Virus record (IMG/VR): IMGVR_UViG_3300045988_083849
Span: 1 to 11,273 of that record
Length of the DNA stretch: 11,273 nucleotides
Direction: 5' to 3' (one strand)
Source of the DNA: a virus
Shown: positions 5,411 through 11,273 of the stretch, in pieces
Layout of the letters: each line of letters begins with the position of its first letter
How positions within the stretch are numbered: the stretch's first letter is position 1
Position numbers and translations under genes: made by a program
The notes under the pieces: model-generated
What the model was told of the DNA's origin: nothing
What the model saw: only the letters and a program-made list of their open reading frames with translations
The model's database searches: none

Positions 5411-6541
5411 TTATTTTATACTTACAATGTTAGTTTTTGCAGAAGTCATTAAATAATTTCGTACAATTTCGCCAACCTCATTATTTTGGTAAAATACTTT
5501 GTCAGTGGCAAAGTACCGCGCAACTTGACTCTCTAAGTACGTTGCACTACTTATTAACTTGCGCTTGTAGTTTGGTTTTCCGTTCATTTGTAGGCTGTAT
5601 ATTAGTGAGTTTTCGGGGTCTTTTATAGGGGTTGTCTTTGCGTGTATGTATGTAAAGTTTTCGTTTCCGTGCTGAATTATGTTGCCTTGCAAAATGTAAT
5701 CGTTAAAAACAATGTAATACACAAATAGCACGTCATTTGGTTTGTACTTCGTTGGCAAATGTGGATAGGCCGCCATTTCCCATTTGCCCCCTGTTATCAT
5801 TTCAAGATTTTGGTTATCAAAGCAAAAATACTTATTACTTGCTTTTTGTTTAACAATGTTACTGCAATACTCCACCGCTACTACTGCTCCATGCTGCCCA
5901 AACTTGTATATGTCAATCGTGCCTTGCTCCATGTTAGTTACTTGCTTCAAGCCCATCTCCGTAAAGTAGGGGCAAAACTTGTTTATTGTGTTACCAAGCA
6001 TAAATACTTTAACGTTGTCGCGCTGTCTTATTATGGTGCTTAACAAGTTCATATACAACATAAACTCATCAGGTAGGTAATACCTACGAGTTAAAAACTC
6101 ATCAAAAACTATTGTTGTAACATTGGGGTAACTGCTACTTTTTTCGTGCTCTTGCTCTGACAGACAAAAGCCATAGCAAAAAGGTGTAGTTTGTGGTACG
6201 TACTTCTTCTTTTCTGGGTCGTACTTTGCAAGATACCATTTGCCGCCTATATAAAAAACAGAGTTAAACTCTCCCTTTGTTATCTCTTCTATATAGCCAT
6301 TGGCTACATGGTTAGCAAACAGATTTTCAGCGCGTTTGCCGCGTAAATCCTCGCGCCAACGTCTTATATATGCCATTTGCTCGCCTGTTTGTATGTAACG
6401 TTTAATACCATACGCCAAAGTAGCGTATGTTTTGCCGTTTGAGCGTTCGCCAAATATTATGTTATAATCTGCCTTTTTGTTTAGGATATTGGCGAGGGAG
6501 TAAAATTTTATCGTTTCTTTTTTCGTGGTTTCTTTCTTCAT
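5411..6541 (-). CDS. DNA packaging (encapsidation) ATPase, phi29 gp16 family
   Basis: Walker A is GERSNGKT and Walker B is TTIVFDEF. SSSYPNVTTIVFDEF closely matches remembered phi29 gp16 YPNVSTIVFDEF. The start is set at the ATG at 6539-6541 (MKKETTKKE...), because the track's upstream ATG (6583) lies inside a 16-bp palindrome. Confidence 0.92.
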   Translation of the reverse strand: MKKETTKKETIKFYSLANILNKKADYNIIFGERSNGKTYATLAYGIKRYIQTGEQMAYIRRWREDLRGKRAENLFANHVANGYIEEITKGEFNSVFYIGGKWYLAKYDPEKKKYVPQTTPFCYGFCLSEQEHEKSSSYPNVTTIVFDEFLTRRYYLPDEFMLYMNLLSTIIRQRDNVKVFMLGNTINKFCPYFTEMGLKQVTNMEQGTIDIYKFGQHGAVVAVEYCSNIVKQKASNKYFCFDNQNLEMITGGKWEMAAYPHLPTKYKPNDVLFVYYIVFNDYILQGNIIQHGNENFTYIHAKTTPIKDPENSLIYSLQMNGKPNYKRKLISSATYLESQVARYFATDKVFYQNNEVGEIVRNYLMTSAKTNIVSIK

Positions 6542-6566
6542 TGTTTTAATTTTTAATTGTTTGAAT

Positions 6567-6582
6567 TGTTCCACGTGGAACA
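6567..6582. promoter_or_regulatory. Perfect 16-bp palindrome TGTTCCACGTGGAACA (candidate operator) between the polymerase and ATPase genes
   Basis: Read directly. It lies between the polymerase stop (6586-6588) and the ATPase ATG (6541). It is related to the two sites at 10225-10265. Confidence 0.6.
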
Positions 6583-6585
6583 TTT

Positions 6586-8772
6586 TTAATCTTTTAGTTT
6601 TATACCCTTTAGGTAATTAAGGTACATTACACTCAAAGATAGGTTGTAACTTGTTGGCTCTAAATGTACACCCGTGTTTTCGGCAAATGTACACTTTTTA
6701 CCTTGATAGTCGGTAACTTCACCCGTTATTTTGTAGTCTATGTACGTATGTATGTTTTTGCCCGTTGCTTCGCACGGAAACTCAAGATAATTCGTAAATG
6801 CGTTAAATATGTTGTCACCATACTTTTTACATAGGTATGGTATTGCAGCCTTTTTGTTTACACCGCTAATTGTCAAACTATATTCATAACTTTTGCCTCC
6901 TACGTTTAGCGCGTTTTCTTCTTGTATCATATAGCGCTTTGCTCCCAACGTCTTAAAACGTTTATATGTACCTTCGTAGTCCCAAACGCCTAATGTTTTA
7001 GTAACTCCCTTAATGGTTTCGGGTTCGCATTTGGCAAAGTCGATGTTATGATGTTTACACGCGGCATTTAATTTGTTATACACTACATTGTTATACATAT
7101 CAAAATACCTTTTGTGTGCTGCTGCGTTACGGAGTTTAATGCTGTCAGTATCGCTATAAATGTAATCTTGCTTTGCTTCGTAGATTGCAGTAAATAAATT
7201 GCGCCTTGCGTAGGCAGTCACAAAAACACCCCACGGGTAAAACAAAAAGCGGTTTTTGCTTTCGTTGTACTTTTGTAGCATTTCGGATTTTTCGCTGTCT
7301 GTAAATGTGTTTTCGTCCCATTGTCCATTGTACACAAATTCATCGCGCAAAGGGTTAGTAACACACATACCATAGCAAGAATTTAACATCTCTTTGCTAT
7401 TTAGATACTCCACTTCATTACCTCGCACGCCTTTTAATTTGGTTTTGTTTTCGTACAAATCCAAGATTGTACGTACAAATTCAGTTGGTAAATAGTCGGC
7501 CTTATAGCAATACATTGCACCGATACGGACACCGCCCCACGTGTAAAAGTTGCGTATTATGTTGTAGTCTATGTTAGTTATTGTAGTGGCTATCTTTGCA
7601 GCACAAACTAAACGTCCATTGTTTTCAACGTGGTTAACCTTGACAAAGCATTTGCTTACACTTATAGGGTTGTCCTGCAACTCTTTTGCAAAAATGTTTG
7701 TAAATTCCACGTCAAAGATACAAAGGTACTTACTTGTGTAGTATTTAAATTCTTTAATATCTCGAGGCTGTACCCTTACACCTTTCGACATCGGGAATTT
7801 TTCCGACACCATAACATAAGGGTAACTACTTGTAAAATCGTAACTTGCTACATCTTCACAAATTTCGTCTATATGGTTAGCGTTACCATGAGTATAGCCG
7901 CCACTAAACGCCCTTTGTAACATATTAAATTCATCCAATCCGTTGATAGTTAGTGAATGGATTAAATTTATACACTGCCAATTACGCGAGGTTTTGCCGT
8001 TTACCTTTTTACTTAACATCGCTTTGCGGCAATGTTTACGGACGTACCCCGTTTTTGTTAGGGGCAATCTTGTTATTAACTTGTTTTGCTCTAATTGCTC
8101 TTGTATGTAATTCATCACGATTTTTATATCATTTACGCAATAAAGCAACTCTTTCGGTGTTAACTCTGTTTGTGTATGTCGTATTTTGGTATAGTCCAAA
8201 TCTCCAACCATTTTTGCACACTTGTACGTTTGTAGTTGCTCGCCTAACTTTGCAAGGTTGTAGCCACTTAGTAAGTAACTACAACGGAACTCAATGCCTA
8301 TTGTTGTAGTTGCGTATAAGGGTTTGCGTAGGTCAATGCTGAAAACCTTTTCCCATTCAAATAAAGTACGAAGAAATTGAAATTCATAAGATAGATTGTG
8401 TATGTACACAATTAGTTTTTTTTTAGTGGATAACTCCAACGTTTTTGCTATCGTGTTACACATAGTTGTAAACTCGTCCCATGTTCTGCCTACTATTACG
8501 TACCCATTTATACCAAACTGCCACACGTACATAATAGCACATTTTTCCATTTTTACGCCTAATTTGGTGTACTGCTCGTATGTGTATGTGTTGCCGTCTT
8601 CGTATCTATAAAAGCTACTTACTTCAATATCAAAGGCACAAGGGACGTTGTAAAATTTACACCCCTTATTGTTGCCTATTACGTTTTTGTCATTTACGGC
8701 CAACTGCAAAATATCTTTTATGTCGGTTGCCTTATATATACCGCTGTGCTGTTCATATTGCACTTTTTTCAT
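6586..8772 (-). CDS. Protein-primed family-B DNA polymerase
   Basis: 728 aa. Exo I is CAFDIEVSS, Exo II is HNLSYEFQF and Exo III is YCVNDIKIV. Motif A is YDFTSSYPYVM, motif B is KEMLNSCYGM, motif C is YIYSDTDSIK and the KxY motif is GAKRYM. The genome has ITRs and the upstream gene overlaps by ATGA. Confidence 0.96.
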   Translation of the reverse strand: MKKVQYEQHSGIYKATDIKDILQLAVNDKNVIGNNKGCKFYNVPCAFDIEVSSFYRYEDGNTYTYEQYTKLGVKMEKCAIMYVWQFGINGYVIVGRTWDEFTTMCNTIAKTLELSTKKKLIVYIHNLSYEFQFLRTLFEWEKVFSIDLRKPLYATTTIGIEFRCSYLLSGYNLAKLGEQLQTYKCAKMVGDLDYTKIRHTQTELTPKELLYCVNDIKIVMNYIQEQLEQNKLITRLPLTKTGYVRKHCRKAMLSKKVNGKTSRNWQCINLIHSLTINGLDEFNMLQRAFSGGYTHGNANHIDEICEDVASYDFTSSYPYVMVSEKFPMSKGVRVQPRDIKEFKYYTSKYLCIFDVEFTNIFAKELQDNPISVSKCFVKVNHVENNGRLVCAAKIATTITNIDYNIIRNFYTWGGVRIGAMYCYKADYLPTEFVRTILDLYENKTKLKGVRGNEVEYLNSKEMLNSCYGMCVTNPLRDEFVYNGQWDENTFTDSEKSEMLQKYNESKNRFLFYPWGVFVTAYARRNLFTAIYEAKQDYIYSDTDSIKLRNAAAHKRYFDMYNNVVYNKLNAACKHHNIDFAKCEPETIKGVTKTLGVWDYEGTYKRFKTLGAKRYMIQEENALNVGGKSYEYSLTISGVNKKAAIPYLCKKYGDNIFNAFTNYLEFPCEATGKNIHTYIDYKITGEVTDYQGKKCTFAENTGVHLEPTSYNLSLSVMYLNYLKGIKLKD

Positions 8773-9407
8773 AATCCGAAGTTATTAAATTCTTCTAATA
8801 TGCTATTTATTTCACTTTCTACTTCGTTCGTTAGTTTGTTGGCTTCGCTCTCGATATTGCTATCTATGGCGTTTTGTAGGCTTACCGCTTCACTCTCAAT
8901 TTGTTCGCTCGCGTCCCTTGCGCTTTGCTCCAAATCTCCAGTAAAATCTTTATACTTCATTAGGTACTTTTCCACAAAATCGCTATCGCTTAAACTTGTT
9001 ATCTTTTCGTTTAATTTGTCTGCCATTAAATTAAATTCTTTATCTGTAAGGCCGTAGGCGGTTTTTAGATGTTCGTTGTACGCTCTTGTGCCTTGAGCTG
9101 TACTCGTAGGCTGACGCAAAAAAGATACTGCCTTTGCGTACTCTATTTTTATCTCGTCCCAACTTTGGTCTCTAACAGAAAATTTGCTAAAGACTTTAAT
9201 ATCTCCTTTGTTTAAGGCAGTTACCGCGGGGCTTAATAAACCTTTGTCTTCAATGTTTTGTATTCTTCGGTTGGCCTGTTGAAATACGCGTCTTACTTCC
9301 TTTCTTAATTCGGGGCTACTTTCAACGCTTTGTATAATATCTTGTCGTAACTCGGCGCGTTGCGTTGCCGTAAATACGCTTTGTTTGTATCCTATCTTGT
9401 TAGGCAT
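8769..9407 (-). CDS. Candidate terminal protein (replication primer)
   Basis: 212 aa. It sits immediately upstream of the polymerase and is translationally coupled to it (ATGA overlap), as gene 3 and gene 2 are arranged in phi29. The N-terminus is basic and the C-terminal third is acidic, Ser-rich and helical. There is a weak remembered resemblance around SFLRQPTSTAQGTRAYNEHLKTAYG (phi29 TP SFTNRANMRYQFEKNAYG). Confidence 0.5.
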   Translation of the reverse strand: MPNKIGYKQSVFTATQRAELRQDIIQSVESSPELRKEVRRVFQQANRRIQNIEDKGLLSPAVTALNKGDIKVFSKFSVRDQSWDEIKIEYAKAVSFLRQPTSTAQGTRAYNEHLKTAYGLTDKEFNLMADKLNEKITSLSDSDFVEKYLMKYKDFTGDLEQSARDASEQIESEAVSLQNAIDSNIESEANKLTNEVESEINSILEEFNNFGL

Positions 9408-9452
9408 AACTATAAAATTAAAATAGGTAGGTAGTTATATGCTACCTACCTA
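9408..9452 (-). terminator. Intrinsic terminator or attenuator between the early ORFs and the replication genes
   Basis: Minus strand: UAGGUAGGUAG (9452-9442), loop CAUAUAA, CUACCUACCUA (9434-9424). This is a perfect 11-bp stem followed by UUUUUAAUUUUAUAGUU, which runs straight into the ATG at 9407. Confidence 0.65.
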
Positions 9453-9465
9453 ATTGTGTTACTTG

Positions 9466-9819
9466 TTAGATGTCTTTAAAAATAATAGTGTGACAGTCGC
9501 GGCCGTGGCTCTCGTACTTTCGCACTACAAAACCAACTTTTCCGTTTTTGATGTCATTTACCGCGTCCGTGTTATTTACAACGTCATTAAATACCTTGGT
9601 TAGGTATGTAGGAATATCCACGCGCTTTTTAACGTCTGACATCACCACAACTACTTTTACGCCAAACTTACCGCGCGTAAAATAAAAGCCGTCTAACGCG
9701 TGTACCTTATTAGGGTCGGCGTTGTATAACTCTTTAAGGCTCGTAAAGTCGTAGCCTTTAAGGTCAAACTTAAAAGGGTTTTCATTTCCCTTATTGTACT
9801 TTTCTGCAAAACTTGTCAT
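9466..9819 (-). CDS. Early protein of unknown function (positional candidate for an ssDNA-binding protein)
   Basis: 117-aa ORF with an ATG start, upstream of the TP-polymerase pair where phi29 encodes its SSB. I recognise no diagnostic motif. Confidence 0.6.
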   Translation of the reverse strand: MTSFAEKYNKGNENPFKFDLKGYDFTSLKELYNADPNKVHALDGFYFTRGKFGVKVVVVMSDVKKRVDIPTYLTKVFNDVVNNTDAVNDIKNGKVGFVVRKYESHGRDCHTIIFKDI

Positions 9820-9830
9820 AACTCAAGATG

Positions 9831-10001
9831 TTAATTGTTGGTGTTGTGTTCGTTTCCTAAAGACTCCAAAAAGTTTCTAAACTTCGAGATTTTAAGGAGT
9901 GTGCGAGTGTTCGCGTTAATCTCTTTGGTTGTCATAAGTTGGCCTAATGATGTAAAAGCTGTAAAAATCGCTTCATCAAAAACGTTTCTTTCTTCGTTCA
10001 T
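9831..10001 (-). CDS. Small early ORF not in the supplied track (56 aa: MNEERNVFDEAIFTAFTSLGQLMTTKEINANTRTLLKISKFRNFLESLGNEHNTNN)
   Basis: Translated by hand. Its ATG (9999-10001) overlaps the TGA (9998-10000) of the upstream ORF as ATGA. It fills an otherwise empty 178-nt gap in a gene-dense genome. Confidence 0.55.
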   Translation of the reverse strand: MNEERNVFDEAIFTAFTSLGQLMTTKEINANTRTLLKISKFRNFLESLGNEHNTNN

Positions 10002-10207
10002 TTCTTTGTGTATTTTAGTAGTGTGTTGTGGTTAATGTGGGTTGTGTCGGTAGTTACAATTGTTGTACGGCCGTTAATGTCGGTCTGTCGGTACATTGAG
10101 CAACTTTGCAAAGCCATGCAAAGGCCGTAAAGCACAGAAACCAATACAAGCACGTAAGAGGTGCAAAAAAGAAATGTACCCACTTTCTTTAAAATCTTAT
10201 TTTTCAT
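9998..10207 (-). CDS. Small lipoprotein-like or membrane-anchored early protein (69 aa from the ATG at 10207)
   Basis: MKNKILKK is followed by a long hydrophobic stretch, then LQSC (lipobox-like L-x-S-C), then a ~34-aa polar T/N-rich mature part. The track's longer version starts at a GTG (10256-10258) inside a palindrome. Confidence 0.55.
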   Translation of the reverse strand: MKNKILKKVGTFLFCTSYVLVLVSVLYGLCMALQSCSMYRQTDINGRTTIVTTDTTHINHNTLLKYTKK

Positions 10208-10224
10208 TTCGTTTGTTGGTTTTT

Positions 10225-10265
10225 TGTTCCACGTTAAACAATTTGTATTTTGTTTCACGTGAAAC
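10225..10265. promoter_or_regulatory. Pair of CACGT-centred operator-like sites: TGTTCCACGTTAAACA (10225-10240) and the perfect palindrome GTTTCACGTGAAAC (10252-10265)
   Basis: Read directly. The site centres are 26 nt apart, and the sites lie 18-58 nt upstream of the ATG at 10207. They fit the same consensus (TGTTYCACGTGRAACA) as the 6567-6582 palindrome. Confidence 0.55.
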
Positions 10266-10281
10266 GTTATATAATAGGGTT

Positions 10282-10533
10282 CTAAACTCGCTTCATAAAA
10301 CGCTCCATGTAGAAGTTATTGGCGCTGTTTCGCTCGATATCTTTCATTTGCGAGTTTTCGCGCGCCTTTATTTCTGTACTTATATTGTCTACTAAAGTAG
10401 CCAAATTACCTAACGTTGTCGCAGAATCGAAAAGTAATTGAGATTTGTTACGTTCTGCTTCATACTCGAGATTGTTACGAGTTACGCGCAAAATACGTGC
10501 AATCTCATCGTACATTTGTGGGGTTGTCGCCAT
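10282..10533 (-). CDS. Early protein of unknown function (83 aa, predicted helical)
   Basis: ORF with an ATG start on the coding strand and no overlap with other genes. No motif recognised. Confidence 0.55.
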   Translation of the reverse strand: MATTPQMYDEIARILRVTRNNLEYEAERNKSQLLFDSATTLGNLATLVDNISTEIKARENSQMKDIERNSANNFYMERFMKRV

Positions 10534-10551
10534 TTTTTCGTTTTGTTTGTT

Positions 10552-10572
10552 GCCCCACTGGTTGAGTGGGGC
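10552..10572. other. GC-rich hairpin GCCCCAC-(7 nt)-GTGGGGC between two early ORFs
   Basis: Perfect 7-bp stem. On the coding (minus) strand it is followed by an A-rich rather than a U-rich tract, so it is not a canonical terminator there. On the plus strand a short T-run follows after 6 nt. Confidence 0.4.
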
Positions 10573-10581
10573 GTTACCTTT

Positions 10582-10848
10582 TTAAAGTTCCCTTTCAGAT
10601 AGACAAACGCTATATAAAACGCGGTAGGTTGTCGGTTGTGGATTGTTGTCTGTACGCTCACCTACAAGCGTCAAACTATTCTCATAAGTAATTGTGTAGC
10701 ACTCTTCATTTAATAAGTCCTTCACACCCTTTAAGGCTGCTTTTACGGCCTTCAATGATTTATAAGGTGTATCGTTGTACAAAGTAGTTACTTTTGTTTC
10801 GTGGTTGTCATCGCTATTTGAGCGTGTAAAATAAATTTCGTACTTCAT
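10582..10848 (-). CDS. Early protein of unknown function (88 aa)
   Basis: ORF with an ATG start on the coding strand. No motif recognised. Confidence 0.55.
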   Translation of the reverse strand: MKYEIYFTRSNSDDNHETKVTTLYNDTPYKSLKAVKAALKGVKDLLNEECYTITYENSLTLVGERTDNNPQPTTYRVLYSVCLSEREL

Positions 10849-10894
10849 TGCTGTAATGTTTATTTTATACTTCTAATTATTGCAAACGCACCTT

Positions 10895-11023
10895 TTATTG
10901 TGGTGTATTTGTTATTCCATATTTCTTCAACGGCCTTAACTCTTTAGTTGTGAGATAAAGACCAACGAAACCGCGCCAATCGTTAAATTCACCTATGTTT
11001 TTTATTTTCTGAATGATTTCCAT
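10895..11023 (-). CDS. Possible first early ORF, not in the track (42 aa: MEIIQKIKNIGEFNDWRGFVGLYLTTKELRPLKKYGITNTPQ)
   Basis: Translated by hand. Its ATG lies 19 nt downstream of a TAnnTTTG box and it fills the only sizeable non-terminal gap. Being short, it is weakly supported. Confidence 0.35.
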   Translation of the reverse strand: MEIIQKIKNIGEFNDWRGFVGLYLTTKELRPLKKYGITNTPQ

Positions 11024-11042
11024 TTGTTTTATTTTGATATTG

Positions 11043-11074
11043 CAAAGGTAGTTACTTCGTGTACTATATGCAAA
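11043..11074 (-). promoter_or_regulatory. Bacteroidota-type promoter: -33 TTTG (11074-11071) and -7 TACCTTTG (11050-11043)
   Basis: The minus strand reads TTTG, then 20 nt, then TACCTTTGCAA, with the ATG (11023) 19 nt after the -7 box. The architecture matches the 5397-5404 box. Confidence 0.5.
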
Positions 11075-11120
11075 TTTTTAGTCTTAATAAATCTTAAAAT
11101 GGTATTTTTTTGTTTTGTGT

Positions 11121-11141
11121 CTATGCAAAGAGCGTGCCAAA
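11121..11141 (-). promoter_or_regulatory. Second sigma-54-type box, right subterminal, outside the perfect ITR, pointing leftward
   Basis: The minus strand reads TTTGGCACGCTcTTTGCATAG. TGGCACG is the complement of 11133-11139 and TTGCA the complement of 11124-11128. Predicted start is near 11113. Confidence 0.55.
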
Positions 11142-11193
11142 TTGTTTTGCGGTGAAGTGTTTTTTTTTATTGGATTTGGAGGTTTGGCGCGGC

Positions 11194-11214
11194 CTATGCA
11201 AAAAGCGTGCCAAA
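11194..11214 (-). promoter_or_regulatory. Sigma-54-type -24/-12 box, right ITR copy, pointing leftward in the direction of all genes
   Basis: The minus strand reads TTTGGCACGCTtTTTGCATAG. TGGCACG is the complement of 11206-11212 and TTGCA the complement of 11197-11201. Predicted start is near 11186. Confidence 0.55.
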
Positions 11215-11227
11215 CTATGTTGGCGAC

Positions 11228-11259
11228 TGTTAAAAATGTGTTGGGAAATGTTAAAAATG
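11228..11259 (-). repeat. Mirror copies of the CATTTTTAACA direct repeats in the right ITR (11228-11238 and 11249-11259)
   Basis: The plus strand reads TGTTAAAAATG twice, 21 nt apart. These are part of the perfect ITR. Confidence 0.85.
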
Positions 11260-11273
11260 GGGGAGTTGTGCAT

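Larger units (their letters stand above)
11177..11273. repeat. Right inverted terminal repeat (perfect, 97 nt)
   Basis: Exact reverse complement of nt 1-97. The window ends exactly at the repeat. Confidence 0.97.

Noticed and set aside
6542-6583. Upstream ATG start for the ATPase (MFHVEQFKQLKIKT...)
   Set aside because: The first codons are the 16-bp palindrome itself. The downstream MKKETTKKE start leaves a normal intergenic gap. This remains uncertain and is flagged in the findings.
10208-10258. Longer 86-aa version of the lipoprotein-like ORF
   Set aside because: It starts at a GTG inside the GTTTCACGTGAAAC palindrome and adds a non-signal-like polar leader. The internal ATG gives a canonical basic-then-hydrophobic N-terminus.
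1-11273. Search for tRNA or rRNA genes, integrase or lysogeny modules, toxin-antitoxin or known defence/anti-defence genes
   Set aside because: I found no cloverleaf-like structures, no recombinase or repressor-type motifs, and no ORF of suitable size. The small early ORFs could include anti-defence proteins, but nothing in their sequences lets me say so.

Overview
The window appears to be a complete, very compact linear dsDNA genome (11,273 bp) of a minimal phi29-like, protein-primed tailed phage. It starts and ends exactly on a perfect 97-nt inverted terminal repeat (ITR). All credible genes lie on the minus strand and are read from the right end to the left. The order is: about six small early ORFs, a candidate terminal protein, a family-B protein-primed DNA polymerase, a phi29 gp16-type packaging ATPase, a small YvrJ-like membrane protein, a phi29-type portal, an unknown structural protein, an HK97-type major capsid protein, and a two-ORF tail knob/receptor-binding module. 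Plus-strand ORFs in the track look like antisense shadows. I see no tRNA, integrase, CRISPR array or recognisable endolysin. Notable non-coding signals: (1) four copies of a 21-mer, TTTGGCACGCTnTTTGCATAG, two per terminus and all pointing inward, each an exact match to the sigma-54 -24/-12 consensus; (2) CACGTG-centred 14-16 bp palindromes at two intergenic junctions; (3) phased 11-nt direct repeats in the ITR; (4) three good intrinsic terminators on the coding strand; (5) two Bacteroidota-type TAnnTTTG -7 boxes. Together with the complete lack of Shine-Dalgarno sequences, the -7 boxes suggest a Bacteroidota host. Coding oddities: a 12-nt tandem repeat gives the portal a poly(Thr-Glu/Asp) tail; the tail-knob homologue is split by TAG-T-ATG; four tandem Ig-like repeats sit on the distal tail protein; two short ORFs are missing from the track. 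All homology statements rest on motif recognition from memory and need HMM or structure searches.
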